A stretch of 59,419 nucleotides of DNA, filler included, from Catajapyx aquilonaris (GCA_000934665.2; 3 parts of 3 records of this genome joined end to end with filler, not necessarily neighbours in it); one strand, 5' to 3'; counted from the whole stretch's first letter, positions 1 through 14,600 are shown. The notes: a model not told the origin generated them from the sequence alone. Program-made: numbers and translations.

Positions 1-420
1 AGCTCAAGAACTATAAGAGCTAGGAGGCTAAAATTTTCAGGATATTAGTTTCTCAGTACACAGTTTGCCCAGTAAAAATTTCAAAAAAATCTGAGATGGT
101 GGGTGACATGGCTGGATGTACTGACATGGAATGACCCACCAATTAACACTGAACACCAGGGACCAGGGAACATTCCTGAGATGGTGGCAATAGCCCAGTA
201 AACGTATCTAGCAGCATTAGGCATGCCATTCTTCTTGCCTGTTGATGACTAGAAAGGTTATGCTATTTAAGCTGGAAACAGAACCATGTAACTATTTGCA
301 GATTGTCAGGTTTTTTTTTAAACCTTAGATGTGAGATGGTCCTGTCAGCAATCTGCTGGAGTGAGACTCACCTCACTACTCTGCAAGGACAATCCACACT
401 AATGTTTGTTTTCCTTTCAG

Positions 421-2876
421 GTGTGGGATGAGGGCATATGTTGTCCAGCACGCTTCCCAAGTGCAGTACGTGTATTTGCTTCAACATATTCTGACTGCCT
501 GGAAGTACGTTGGCTTCCCAAAAATACTGGGGTTGTCAGCATGGCTGCACCCACCAATAATCGCACTTTACTAGCTGGCCAAGATGCACCAGATGCTCAA
601 AACACATGGACTGCGTCTGTATTGGTTCCTCCTCTACATAGTGTTGTCCTGTCTTCAGATTCCCCTCCTGAACTTTGTCCTAATGGTGCAACTTATTGTA
701 GCCAGTTCCCGCTTTCATATCACAAGGACTGGTCTTTATATCGTGGATTCTCTCATACCCCTCAGCCGCTCTCTACATTTACATATGGTGTTGGAGCATG
801 GCAGTGTTTAGATGCAGTGAGTCCATCTGAAGCTCAAGATCCAAAATTGAAATGGGATGAAGAGGAGGTGAAAGAAAGATGTAGACATGCCCCTTGGCCT
901 GTTGACTGCCCACTTATGACTCTGCCCAGGGGACCACTTATACCATGCAGGGTGCTTTGGATGAAAGAGGAGAGTTTACCTAATGAACAGATCCAAAGGT
1001 TGATTCAGTATCTTCGTGAAGCCATCAGAGCAGCATTTCATGTCTTTGGGCCCCATCCATTTCCAAGAGTCGATGTGGCACTCTTGCCAGGTGGTGGCCC
1101 TGATGCAGTTGCTTTGGCCGCTCCTTGCTTGGTTAGTGTATAAAGAATTTAAATAGATTAACAATATGGGATTTTAAAGGACGCCTAATTTAGGATTGAA
1201 TTTGATATGGGTATTATTGTAGCAATATATCTCAAACTTTTGAGCATGGCCCACTTAGGGGATCATTGATCTACTTTGGCCTGCTGAAGAAAACGAACCA
1301 AACTCCAAAATTAAAGCTTTTGATAAGTTTATGGCATCCCTGGAGGGAATTCAAGGCCTGCTGGTGGGCCACAGACCACACTTTGAGGACCACTGACTTA
1401 TAGGTACCTGACTTTTTATGAGGTGCTTTTAAAAGAACTTGAAGAGGGCCCCCATATTCAATCCTGCAGTAAATCTGATGTAAATTGAATTTCCAAGGTG
1501 ATCTTCAGTGTGTGGCTATTTCTGTTCATTTTGTGATCCTTGTCACTGTTAAGCTTCATTTACATATGAGCATTTTTATCAGTGATGTCATCACTGGGCG
1601 ATGAATCCAATTTGTTTGGGGCGAATGTAACAATCATGGTAACAATCTATTTTCTCCCCAAACAATTGGCTCAGCGATGACCTCGCTGATCAAATCACTC
1701 ACATGTAAACATGGCTTTATTCCTATGTAATTTCAAACTGTTTTGTTGTGATCTCACCTGCACAAATAATTACAGATTTTGGCTGCCAGTCGGACATTGC
1801 TTGCTGCCCCAGAACTTCTGGCTCATGAGTTGTCCCATACATGGATGGGAATCAGTATTGGCCCACAACATTGGGAAGAGGAATGGATCACTGAAGGTGT
1901 ATGTGTCTGGGCAGAGGATGTCCTCCATTTCCACCCTTCTCGATGCACAGAATACCACCGTCCAGAGTCACTGCCACATTACACACAAGAGTTGAGAGCA
2001 ATGTGGCGTCTTCGCACCCTCCAGTCAGAGCTGGATGTCTCACCATCACATCTACAAGTTCTTCGTCCTGCAGGATCTATTGGGTCAGTGTCACAAGCAT
2101 TGGTTCCAAAAGAAGCAGCCCAAACACACCGTCTTAAGGGCTACTTCTTATTGAGAATGTTGGAAGACATGATTGGATCAGAAACATTCAGACGTAGGCT
2201 CAGATTGTTTGTGATTCGTTTCCATGGTACAAATGTGTCTTCCCAAGATTTACTTGATGCTATCATATTACCTGGATTTAATTATCTTCATGAGAAAGCT
2301 GCAGAATGGCTGTCTATGCCTGGAATGCCTCCAGGACTGCCAACACTGGCTCAACCATCTCCAGACAATATGCTTTGGTCAGAAATAGAGTCAGCCAGTA
2401 AGGAGCTACGCTCCTTTCTCAGGGCATCAAAACGGAAGAAACCTTCTGATAAGGGTAAAAAAATATTGGTTGTACGCAGACTTTGTTTGGAGCAGCTAGT
2501 GCTAATAATGGAGATTTTATTGGAGAGAGTGCCACAGGGTAGTGCATCTGGGATGGAAAGTGTAAGGACATGGTTACTGCAGTCATCAGGAGTGACAGAA
2601 GTCAGGGAACTTTCACCAGAGGTGTGGCATCGATGGGCTGAAATTGTGTGTCGGCAGCGCCACTGGCGGAGGTGGAAAGAAGTGACTGAGTTTGTGAATG
2701 TGCATGGTGCCATGAGCTTGGCAGTGTGGGCTGAAATGGTTGAGGCAGCTGACACTTCCAGTTCAGCAGTTGGGAAAAGGAGAATGAAGGAGATGAGGCA
2801 ACTTTTTACAAGGCTACGTTCCCAAGGTGCTGTAGGTTCTGAGACTGCAAAACTCATACGACCTCATTTGCTGTGA
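421..2876 (+). CDS. AOPEP: Aminopeptidase O-like M1 zinc metallopeptidase, last two coding exons (421-1131, 1776-2876); 5' exons not resolved
   Basis: Phase-0 GT-AG join (ttg|gttagt ... tacag|att) gives VALAAPCL-ILAASRTLLAAPELLAHELSHTWMGISIGPQHWEEEWITEG (HExxH-x18-E). NNRTLLAGQDAPDAQNTW, LKGYFLLR and a basic KRKK patch resemble AOPEP as I recall it. Confidence 0.8.
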
Positions 2877-3336
2877 GTCACATGTATTGTAGGGATTCAT
2901 AAACAATGTTATATACTTGTTACGGAACGAAAATGATTTTTTATTGTTTAGGACTTTAGGAAAATGAAATGGCAGTGCCTTCATCCTCGCTGTTTTATTA
3001 TGTCTTTCTGGGATGGGATGTGTGTGGGATGGGTTTATTCTTTAAGTAGATGTGTAAGAAAAGGGATGATGATTAGCTCAATTTTCTTGGCATGTCATTT
3101 TTTCCGTCTGTGTACACATGCAAAAAGACCAAGAGGTGGGAGAAAAACTTCCCCATTGTTAAACTCGTGAGATTAATACCCATAATTTCCTTCCAAGTAG
3201 TAGATATCAAGTTATTTCGTGTAATTGTAACCCAGTTTACAATATAATCAGCACACATGCATGTCAGCTAACAATTCCACTTTCGAGTCAAAATTTATTT
3301 AGAAAAAAGATCTGTTGTAAATCTTGGCATTTTTAT

Positions 3337-6300
3337 TTACACATCTGTCACAGGCTGGCATGCACTGCTTTTTAGGCTGTGCTTCATCTTTCTCTCTTTC
3401 CGCCTGCGTTTCGCTTCTTTGATTTTCTTCAGCTCTTCTTCTTCTGGGTCTATGCCATCAAGCAAAAGCTGCTTCCGTTTGTTCACTCTTCTCTTCTCAT
3501 CAAACTGGTCGGCATCCAGTTTAACCTGAGATTCACGACGTGTCACTAGGACCTGTGTCAGGATTTTCACTACTTCTTGATCTAGAAAATGAGAGAAAAC
3601 AACTTTTGTAAGTGTGAAATGTTTGAAACAAAAGTGAAACAGATTCATGATAGTGATGACCAGTTTAAAGCATTCGAACTGTTGACTGACCTTTAACTTT
3701 GTGCTCGGTAAGCTTTGTCTTCACATGGTCCTCAATAGCATGGAGTAACTTGATATCTCTGGGTGTAACCATAGTGATGGACTGGCCTCCCCGACCTGCC
3801 CTGGCAGTACGACCCACCCGATGGACATAGTTCTTTGCCATCATGGGTACATTGTGATTCAGGACCAACTCCACAGTTGGAATGTCCAGACCTGAGAGTG
3901 AATCCTGTTAGTAGTCACCACTAGCTACCAACTAATTTCAATAACAAGGGATGAGTGATCATGTATCACTAACTTGGGGCTGCAGGTGGTGGAAAATTAA
4001 ATATGACCCAATCAATTACAGAAGGATTTTAATATTTTATTACTGTATTTAACCTGTTGAGGGCCGAGTTTTTTTGGCCATTTTAGTCTCTTTATGAAAA
4101 AAAAATCTAGTAGGAGTAATATTAATGAAAAACAATATGCTCCAATATTTATCATTTCAACTCATGGTGGTCCTTTTGACTGTAAAATGCCGAAAAAATT
4201 CATCTACAGGGTGGTCCAAAAAAAAATTTAACGTGCAATTAACTTGAAACGTAATTAAATTTATTTAAATTTTTAACGTCACTATAAAATTGTCACTGTG
4301 GTTACATAATACTACTAAAACACTGTACTTTGAGAAATTACTACGAGTCCAGACGTCACATGTTGTCAAAAACTTTCAGGCGGGAGGGGGTATGCTTAGC
4401 TCCCGCTGGGAGGCGGGAAAACTGATTAGCATAAGCCGTGATGGTTGAGCCCCCTTCCACGAGGTGGTAGGAGCAGTTTGAGCCTCAAACTGCGCCATTT
4501 TTGTGTAAACTCTAGTGCTCCCAGTTCAAAAACCAGCAGGAAGTCATATGACTTCCGTGGTTCTCAACAGGTTAATCTTTAACTTTCTTTCCTCTCCCAA
4601 TTGTGCATGCATCCTGAGGAGACATCTACACCCCCATCCTTGATGTGAAGGAAAATGGTGGTGGAAGGATCCAGGGAAAATTCATTAATTTGAAATGTAA
4701 ATAATAATTGTGGGACATTGCATACCTCTGCTGTGGATGTTACCATTTAAACAGAGTTATATCAGATTTAGTCAATAACTTACTACAGCAACAATCACAA
4801 AATTGATGCCAATTTTAACATTTTCAAGAGGCATGTGGCCTACACCAAATAAGATGTGGAACAAACAAGTATGGCTCACATGGCTCTCTCTCTCTCTCTC
4901 ATAGAGATGCATCAAGTATATTTGGCTCACCTTCACATGGTAGCCTAATTAGGTTTAACTCAATAATGGAGCTACTGACCTCGACTTGCTAAATCAGTGG
5001 AGACGAGTATCCTGACTTGCGATGACCTGAACTTGGCAAGGGTTGCCAAGCGTTCCCTTTGGGACAGCATGGAATGGAGGGCCCCATTGTCAAATCCCAG
5101 CTCAGACAGGGTCATGGAAACTACCTGGCAGTTTCTGAAATTAATGTACACTGTGACCTATGCATATCTTACAATGGACGGGAAATTTCATTAGCAATAA
5201 GAATAATTTTCAAAGACCGCTTTTGTTGTTGCTCTAATGATGTCATTACAGGTTTCAAAGGCAGGACTTACTTGCAGGAGTTCGTGAATATTATGATGGA
5301 AGCCTTGGGATTGGCAGTTTGGTAATTCTGGAGCACGTGTACCAAGTACCCATCCTTGACATCTGGTGGACAAAGCACATACTCCTGCAATAATTGGCCC
5401 ACAGTAGCCACAGCTGCCTGGCTCATCCATACGAATGGAGGGCTATCTTCACTCTGGGAAGTGTTTGCCACCCTGAGCATGGCAGGGAGGGCGTCTTCTG
5501 ACGCAGTGGCTGTGAAAAGGAGAGTCTGGCGACATCTTCTAGGAAGTGCTGCTAATACTGAATTCACTTCAGTGTCATAATCGCCATTTAAGAGCATGTC
5601 AGCCTCATCTAGTACAAGGAAACGGAGGCGTTGGAATGGCAGGGCACATGATGGAGTGGACATCAACTCAGACAACCTGTGTGAACATGTATAGCAACAT
5701 TAGTACAACGTACTGCAGCTGGAGAAATAACAATGCAAGAGCGACCTTCCTGGAGTTGCAATGACAACATGTGGCCTCCTCTCTACAGCCTGTGCCTGCT
5801 CGACCATGCTCATCCTTCCAACAACAACTGTCACACGGGTCCCCATCGGCTTGCCCATCACTTGAAACTGATCTGCTATCTGGAAGGCAAGTTCTCGAGT
5901 GGGTGTGAGAACAAGTGCAAATATTCCGTGAGGATCTTCCCACAGCCTCTGGAGAATGGGTAATGCAAAAGCTAAGGTCTTTCCACTGCCTGTCTTTGCA
6001 CACCCAATGCAGTCCCGTCCAGATGTCACTGCAGGAATGCATTGAAACTGCACTGGCGTTGGCTGGTTAATGCCTGCATTTGGAGAAGAAAAACTATCAG
6101 GCATGCAGCATATCCTGTTCCAATCACATCTATTCAACCCTGGCAAGCCCATTACACAATTTCCTCGAAAGACAAGTTATTTTTCTCGATATTTGCAGGC
6201 AGAAACTCGAGTTAAACAAATGCCAGGCAAGCCACTCTTTCTCAAGACTCTCGTGGACTCATGGTATGAAAATTCCCTCAGCTAAGGGGCAGGTCAACTT

Positions 6301-6511
6301 CTCAAGCTCGTTGCAACAATTTATCACACATTGGTATTCAACACATAAGAACGTAACAGAAACGCATAAGGGTGAAATACGAATTTCCTTGGCCGGAGAA
6401 TAACCTGCAGTGTATCTCACCTAGGGATTCGCATTGCTTGACGATCCAAGAGTCGAGGGAAAGATCTCTGAAGCTCTTCCCACGTGTCGTTTCGTCCTCA
6501 ATGTCCGCCAT
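3337..6511 (-). CDS. DDX49: DEAD-box RNA helicase DDX49/Dbp8, 6 exons (6421-6511, 5746-6073, 5272-5676, 4980-5134, 3691-3891, 3337-3581), ~474 aa
   Basis: All introns GT-AG and phase-consistent (1425 nt). Motifs: Q motif (FRDLSL..PTPVQ), AKTGSGKT, PTRELA, TPGR, LDEAD, TAT, ASRGLDIP, YVHRVGRTARAGRGG; DDX49-type EDPHGIFALVLTPTRELAFQIADQF. Confidence 0.9.
4053..4571. mobile_element. piggyBac-type non-autonomous element in DDX49 intron 4
   Basis: TTAA|CCTGTTGAG ... CTCAACAGG|TTAA; subterminal palindrome GGAAGTCATATGACTTCC. Confidence 0.7.
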
Positions 6512-6932
6512 CTTTGTTGCATATGCCAGATTCAAGGACATCAAGGTGCGTAACATCCAGAAGGTGGTTTCATGCAGATAACTGCCTCACCATTGGCGCT
6601 TACACGCATGCGTCACAGTAGAGCCAAAGTAAGCGGGAGCCTTGCTTTTGGAGTTGCTGACGTCACACCCGAACCACGGCCCGAGCCGGCCCGAACACAT
6701 CCGAATGAGGCAAAGAGAGGCAACCTGTTTGATTTCTACAAAGTATCCACCTTGAGCCATATCTGGCGGCAGGTAGGGAATGAATGATTTTTGGAACGGA
6801 GCGGGCTGCACGCAGGTAGGTGGGGAGTGATCAGATCGATCCGTGGGGCCCATCGACCACCTGCCTTACCTTCCCCTCCACCTTCGCCGTCCCTGCAACC
6901 GCACGTCCCCCTTGTTGCCTTGAAAAACAACC
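6512..6932. promoter_or_regulatory. Probable bidirectional promoter between DDX49 and WDR35
   Basis: Start codons face apart with 421 bp between them; CpG-rich; TGACGTCA at 6658-6665; X-box-like GTTGCC-TTG-AAAAAC at 6914-6928; YY1-like AAGATGGCGG over the DDX49 ATG. Confidence 0.7.
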
Positions 6933-9900
6933 ATGTTCATCTACCTCAGCAAAAAGGTATGTGGCCAATCAGACTTCTATTTTGAATGAAATATGTGCCA
7001 TACGCGATGAAGGGCCCATTTTATATACCTTTACTATACTGTACAAAAGCAGTGGTGTTTAACGTACCCGCATTGGTATTACTGGTATTATCATCAAATG
7101 TTACCATAACTTTATACTGATAATCACCAGAGAAATGAGGTATAATCAGGGATGGAAAAAGAAACGAAGAAGCAGTTCTTTTTCCATCCCTGGGTATAAT
7201 GGAACCTTATTGTCATTCTCCTTCTCAAGGGAACATAAACAATACTTTTGAGATGTCGCAGGTGTCATTTGCATGAATTTGCACATAGATAGGCTACTTA
7301 ATACATCATACTTTTGTAAATGCTATATTTCATACAGTCTCTGGCCATGTACCAAACTTTACTTTGATGTGTGTAAATGTGATGTCACATGCTATGTTTT
7401 TATTGCAGATAGCCATTCCGAACAACACACGTTTAAAGTGCATAGCTTGGAATCGGGAACAGGGGTTTATAGCCTGTGGAGGAGATGATGGGCTTCTCAA
7501 GGTTCTCAAACTTGAAGCAGGCAAGATGTCTTTACCATGTTCTGGAACTCCCCTGCTACTGCCCGTTTTGCTAGAGCACTATTTAATACCTTTTCACATA
7601 TTATGATGGAGCAGGTATTAAATAGGTGCACTTCTATGAATACTGTACATGATGCCTTTTTTGGAGAGTGATATTTATAATACAGGGTGTCAACAATGAA
7701 CCTCCCCTTCAAAGAGCGGTAAAAAATTGAAATGCAGAGGTATTTGTAACTGTGTTGGTTGTTTACACGGTCTGGAGACTCAACAAGTTTCATGCTGAAT
7801 TTTTGGAATGGCCTATGTGATGTGGTATGGCTCCTTTGGGGGATGCTGTCGGAAGATGCAAACATAGCTCATCTACAGAGGGAAAAACACAAGTTGTGTG
7901 GTGGGTAGCCGAGCATAAGTCAATCACAGAAGTGCTGGACATTACGCCTTTCTACAACTCCAAAACAGAGTCTATGCAACTAAAATGGATAGTCCAAATA
8001 ATGACGTGTCCTCCATCACCATTGACATGCTGGAGAATTTCGAAGGGATATTTTCGACTTAAAATATTGTGCTTGCTACTAAATGAGCACACACAGAAGG
8101 CTACTGATTTTTTTACATAAACTTGATGAGTGTCCTTTCTCATTGTATACAATTGCAACACCATAGTCCAGTAACTTGCTTAATAGTAGCAAGCTGAAAC
8201 TAGGGAGGTTCATTGTGGGCACTGCTCTTTCAAGTTGTATAATTATGACATTTTATTATTTGTACAAATGTTACATAGTCTTCCAATGATTGGAGTAAAT
8301 TGAGAATTTTTGTTTTGCATGGATAAAAATCAAGACTATGATTGTATTGAAGGCATATCATAAGATGTGCATATACGGTACTACCTGTTAGATTGTGTAT
8401 ATTGTAATGAACGCTAACTTTTGCTCTACAGTAGGCCTATTATTACAATTATTAATGATAATGATGAATGTGAATATTGTTTTTCCCAGATGTTACTGTT
8501 ATTATCACTCATATTCTTCCTGTTTTATGAGATGGCTTTATTAGAGTTCCACATTACATGCTGCTTTTCTACATTATTTTAAAAGACAAGATTTTCCTGT
8601 ATTCAGATAAATTTTGCATTTCAGCCAAGGAAGGGAAGGTTCGAGGACTGGCAGCACCATCCAACTTATCAACTAATCAGACACTGGAGGGGCACAGCGG
8701 CCAGATTCAGGTGGTTACCTGGAATGAGGTGCATCAGAAACTCACCTCTAGTGACCAGTATGGACTCATTGTTGTCTGGATGGCATACAAAGTATGTGGG
8801 ACAGAAGTTCCTTTTCTCTACGACTGAATAAATGTCCTGTACAATCTGACAGGGTTCATGGTATGAAGAGATGATCAACAATCGCAATAAGTCTGTGGTG
8901 CGAGGGATGGCATGGAATTCAGAGGGATTGAAGATATGCATTGTTTATGAAGATGGTATGTCAGATGTGCTAGGTTTTGTCACTGTGAGTAGGGGATGCA
9001 GATGTAGTGTCATCATTATGACATATGAGGTTATTTTTGAAAGAATTTTTGTGTGACTTCTCACATTTAAAAAAAGTAAATGCAAAGTGTTACATTTTAA
9101 TAAATTTATACCCTTGAAGCTACTTTCACCTTGAGTCTTGACTCAATAGATAGGTGTAAGTGTAATTTTTTGCAACAAATTATCTTGATTTCTTGATAAG
9201 CACTTCATTATTGTGACATAACTTACTCTAAATGCAAATATCAGTCACCTACTCACATTATAATTCCCTTGAAAAACTAAGGTACTACTATAAATAGGAA
9301 AACTTTTTCCCTGATCCACTACTGCATATGCTAATACTGAAGTCAGGGTTGCATTTCAGGTGCCGTAATTGTGGGTTCAGTGGATGGGAATCGCATATGG
9401 GGCAAAGAATTAAAGGGCTGCCAACTGACTGGTGTGGCATGGTCTCCAGATAGCCGTATCCTCCTCTTCAGCATGCAGAATGGTGAAGTACATGCCTATG
9501 ATGGGGCTGGTGGGTTTGTGGTGAGGAAATCTGTACACTCCCACATCCAAATTTGTTATACCAAGAACTCGTGGTTATACTGATTTGGGCTAATATTCAC
9601 CCACAGTCCAAGTTGAACATACAGTGCCAAGTGAGCAGCTCTGGAATCCCTCAGGTGGCTGGGATGAGTTGGTATGATGGAAAGCACGGCTTTTACGAAC
9701 CTGACTGTCCAGTGCTGGCCATCTGCTATGACAATGGACGACTTCAGTTAATGAAGCATGAGAATGATGATGGTTTGTGTTCTACTTCTTATAGGTAACA
9801 GTGTGCATGATAAAGCTGTGGCATATATATCTAAATTGAGCCTAAGTTGGTCACTTTTCCTTGGAATTCTGCAATACACTGTCTGAGGTGTTGTATTGTA

Positions 9901-11607
9901 GTACATGTGGAAAGTTGTAGAAAGTATTGGCAATAATTTCTTTTGATTACGAATTCAGTGTGATAAGGTAATAACATCGTAATCTGACAAAAGGACGAAT
10001 TCGACATTTTTTTTCTAAAATCGGATTATGGCCTCTGCCAGCACCATCAAGTGTTGGGTCACATTCTGACAAAATGGCGAGCACGTGGGACAAATAGCGT
10101 CAGAGTTATAATAGAAAATCAAAAGGCCATCCTATGCATTTGTATAGCGGTCTGAAGGTTTCTTTTGGCTCACCTGTAAAATTAGGAAAATGTTGAATTC
10201 GTCCTTTTGTCAGATCAACGATGATAAGCAACAGTGAAATCTGCCTGTAGCAGACCCTGCACCTTGCCTACTCCGGTCCTGTGGGCGAGTTGGATTTCCC
10301 CAGTAATTTTGCATAGTATAACAGAACTTGCCTGCCACGAAAACAAAGAGCAGTTTTTTTAGGTCCCTAGTAAGGAAACCCTACGTAGAGCATAATTAAT
10401 ACTGTTTTAAAGGCAATCACAAAGTTGCTACACTGCACTAGAGTGGAGTAAAAAGTGGGTGTGAAAAGCAGACAGGAAAGAAAAATTATTTTGGAGGAAA
10501 AGGTAGCAGCAAATATGGCTTTTCAAAAGTGTATGGACTTGGACTTAATTTGGAGCTATTTTAATGTGCCTAAAATAATGCTTCCTAGTTTAGTATTGTC
10601 TGATAAAGAAAAAAACTTGTCAGTTGGAGAGAGAAAATTCACACAGCATATAGGTTTCACTGTATTATTGTTCTTGTGTCTGGCTATATGAATACTGTGC
10701 TTTGTCCTTATTTTAAATAGACTAATAACTTAATTAAAATATATGTGGCACATGCATGGTTTGTTTAAATAATTTAAATAATATACTTTGTCTTTAATTT
10801 TTATTTATGGTTTTATTTTTAGTTCCAGTTTTACTTGATACGGGCTTGACAACAGTATGGTGTGGATGGAACCACAATGGGGGCGTCCTTGCTGTGGCTG
10901 GGCAGCTCCCTGAGGAGGACCCTCCTGGATCACCTCCCAGGCTGAAATCTGCGAGTGAGAGCAACTCACAGGGCAATGTGGTTCAATTCTATTCACCGTT
11001 TGGGGAACACCTTCGAACCCTCAAAGTTCCTGGTCGCCGCTTGAGCTGCTGTGCTTGGGAAGGGGGTTCTCTGCGCATTGCCCTGGCTGTGGATTCTTTT
11101 ATCTATTTTGCCAATGTACGCCCAGATTACAAGTGGTGCTCATTTTCATCTGGAACTTTGGCATTTGCTTTTACACGGCCAGATCAGGCCCATCCCTGTG
11201 TAGTCTTCTGGGACACTGACAGCGGCCAGACACATGCCAAACAGGTTCGGCACCTCATGGCCATGGCTGCTGCAGGGGAACATTGCGTCCTGGCAACCAG
11301 ATTAGATGATGGCACTGGACAGTTTGGCCTTGTTGTGTGCAATGCCATTGGTACACCTGTTGACAGTGAGTATTTCATTTTAATTTCAATGTTACATATG
11401 ATTTGGGATCTTGTGTCAGTGATGGGGGAAAGATTACTGATTGTGATGATATTAAATGTGAGCAGTCTTTTCCTGCAGCATCATATACCAAATATGTTCG
11501 TACAGTACTACACTAGAGAACACCTTGAATGGCAGGTTGCAAAGGTGATTGGAAACTGATAATAATGTTTGTCCACATATGAGAATGGTGAATGTTATTT
11601 TTGGATT

Positions 11608-11669
<62 letters not shown>

Positions 11670-14600
11670 TTAGCCTTTTTTGGCTCAACAGCTGCTGTGA
11701 CTGGTGTGCACTGTACCATAAATTGTACAAAGTACATTAAGTTTAACTTAAATCACTTGAGTTAATTGCACATGAGTTTAACAGTGAATAAAAATTCTAT
11801 CCTCGTAAGGGGAGATGTTTTTCGCCAATACAATATTCCCTTTATATACTTCTAGGTCGGTTTGTGGATATGGAGCCACTGTGGATAGCAGCAACATCTA
11901 GGCATGTATTTGCCGCTAATCATGAGTCATTCTTGGTATGGGGCTTCAGGACTCCAAAAGAACGCACAGCCACAGATGCAGCCAAATCTACACCCTCTGG
12001 TGGAGCTGGTGGTGCAGGGGGTGGGAAGAGGAAGGAGAGGGACCTACGGATTCACATAGATGATGTTCCTTCGGGTATTACCTCTTCGCTCAGTGAGCTA
12101 GGAGACAGAATGCTGCAGTCTTCTCCGCAGCATAAGGTTAGTCAAGTGCTAGTATTTCTGGGATAGAAGTCAGCATCACTTTTCCATTTGCCATATCCTT
12201 AATTTTTTTTAAAACATTTGCCGTTATGCTCACAGCAACGTTTTGGGGCATAATAAGCCAGATAAGGTCACGAGTATTTTTTTGGGGTGATTTCTCTTGA
12301 TATGTGATCATAAGAAAATGTGTTCTTGAATTTTTTGCTGCCAGCCAACTACAGATCCAATATGTGCTTTGGCTGCTGGAGAGAAGGCACTGGTGGTGGG
12401 GCGGGAATCAGGCCTGCTACACCACTACTCACTTCCACAACTGGCACTTGTCAAGCGCCACACATTGCCATGCCGTCCACATATGCTGGAGGTCAACTGC
12501 AACTCAACGTTAGTTTCTTGTGTTTCCTTTTATTGTAATTTCAGTGTTCAGATGATAGATCACAGATTCAGATGAATTATTACAGTATAGTAAACAAAAC
12601 TAACAAAATGGTGGTTAGTTATTTAGCATAACATTGTCTCATAAGTAGTAGCTTGCTTATTTAAAACAAGGATGACATTGACCAGTATGTTCCAGTGATT
12701 TATGTTAGCTAGCTAAAGTAATCACAGGTATGGTTGCTGTCTGGAAATTAGCTAAAACAAAACCTGTCTATGGTGGATTCTCTCCATTCCAGGAAAGTTA
12801 TCTTTTCCATTATGTGACTAGTGACATGCAGGGCAGGATCTGAAACAAGTTCCAGAATAAATAAGTTTTCATTGTATGCAAGGTCTGTTATATACAGGTT
12901 TCACTTGTTTCCTTTGCACTTGTAAATAAATATTACGAAAATACAATCTGCAGGAAATGTTGATAGGGTGTGAACTGTAATGTAATTGGCATTGAGTGGA
13001 GCTGGGCAATGTCTTATCTGAATGGTACAGCCATCTTGAAGAATCATCTCAGTGAATCACAAAGCAGCCTGCTGTTTGATGTTGCAGAAGCAAGTTTCAC
13101 ATTAATATATCCTTACAGTTTGGAGGTCATTGTGGTAGTCATTTTATTTGGTAGCTAATGCAGGCAAAACCATGTGAATCTGAGCTTGCAGTCTGAGCTT
13201 TAATTATGCTGGGATAATTTTGTGCATCATGACAGACCACCTTTGTGAATGTGAACTGTGTTACATCATTAGCCCATTTCAGAATTGCAAGAGTATTAAT
13301 TAATGAGCGACTTTTCTAAATATACTCTTCAGACGTGTGGCTGTGGTAGATGTGACTGGAGTTTTGACAGTTGTGGATTTAAGCAGCAGTGTGATGAGGA
13401 AAGGCTCCCAAATTGAGGACATAACTGAATCTGGTGGTGGTGGTGGTGGTTCCAAGGGTATGTCCTCCCTGGAGCGAAAGGATGTGTGGGCCATGCGTTG
13501 GGCAGATGATAACCCTGACATGCTAGCAGTGATGGAGAAAACACGCATGTATGTATTTCGGGGAGGGGAACCTGAAGAACCAGTCCTAAGCTCTGGTTAT
13601 GTGTGCATCTTCCGGGATCTGGAAATTCGTGCTGTGTTGCTGGATGAGCTACTAGTATCTCCACATCCAGATGAACCTGCCCAGCAGGACTGTCTGCTCA
13701 GATTGGAGGTCAAGGCATTGAGAGATGCACGTGACCTCTTGGAAAAGGTGGGGCTCACTGACATGGCTGCCTTTGTGGAGGAGAATCCTCATCCCAGACT
13801 CTGGTGAGTTGAAAACAGTCTCTGTCAGGGACAGAGAAACCCATTTGTTTCATGGAATGGAGATGCTAATGTGGAGGAAGAAATTAGGTGTAGGTTTCAC
13901 AGAGTACCATCCAGAGAGGAAACCCACCATACCACTCCACTCCATACAGAAAAAAATTCAACAAGGTGCTTTTTGACAGTAGGCATAAGAATAGTTTTGC
14001 TGAACAATCACAACCCTGATTTTGTGTACTAAAACTGAAAGCAATTTCTTGAGTGGAGTAGTATTACAATATGTAAGATTCCACTGAAAGGAAAAAAAAG
14101 TACTGGAGCTTTGATCATCCACATGTAACCATGGATCAATTTTGCTTAAGACTGCGCAGTAACAAAATATCACGGTAACATTGAAGCCCTTGGTGACGAC
14201 TGAAACAAATTCGCTTATGCATGGCCAGCATATAGGGATTGACATGTCTACATTTCTGTGGCCGTACGGCCGCAAAAATGGTTCAATCGACACTGAAATT
14301 TCACCAAAAAATACTGTAGTAGATAATCTGGCGCAGGTGCCCTAGGGCCTAGGTCACCCTTTCCCCATTTTCGGCCTAAAAGAAGTGACATTTAGGACAA
14401 GTTGAAGTGAGTGGAAAAGGACTCTTTCGAAAAGTCTATTTGAATAACATGGCGGAAGAAATCGCGTGAAAATCGGACACATTTCTGTGGATGTATGTCG
14501 TTCCACAATTTTAATGCAATCATGTCGAGTATATAGTATCATTGTAAAGGCCAAACCTTTGTGCAGGTGCCCTAGGTTGTGTTTTTCCACATCAACACCC

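Noticed and set aside
5505..5520. DDX49 motif III reads TAT rather than SAT
   Set aside because: Conservative change; all other helicase motifs are intact
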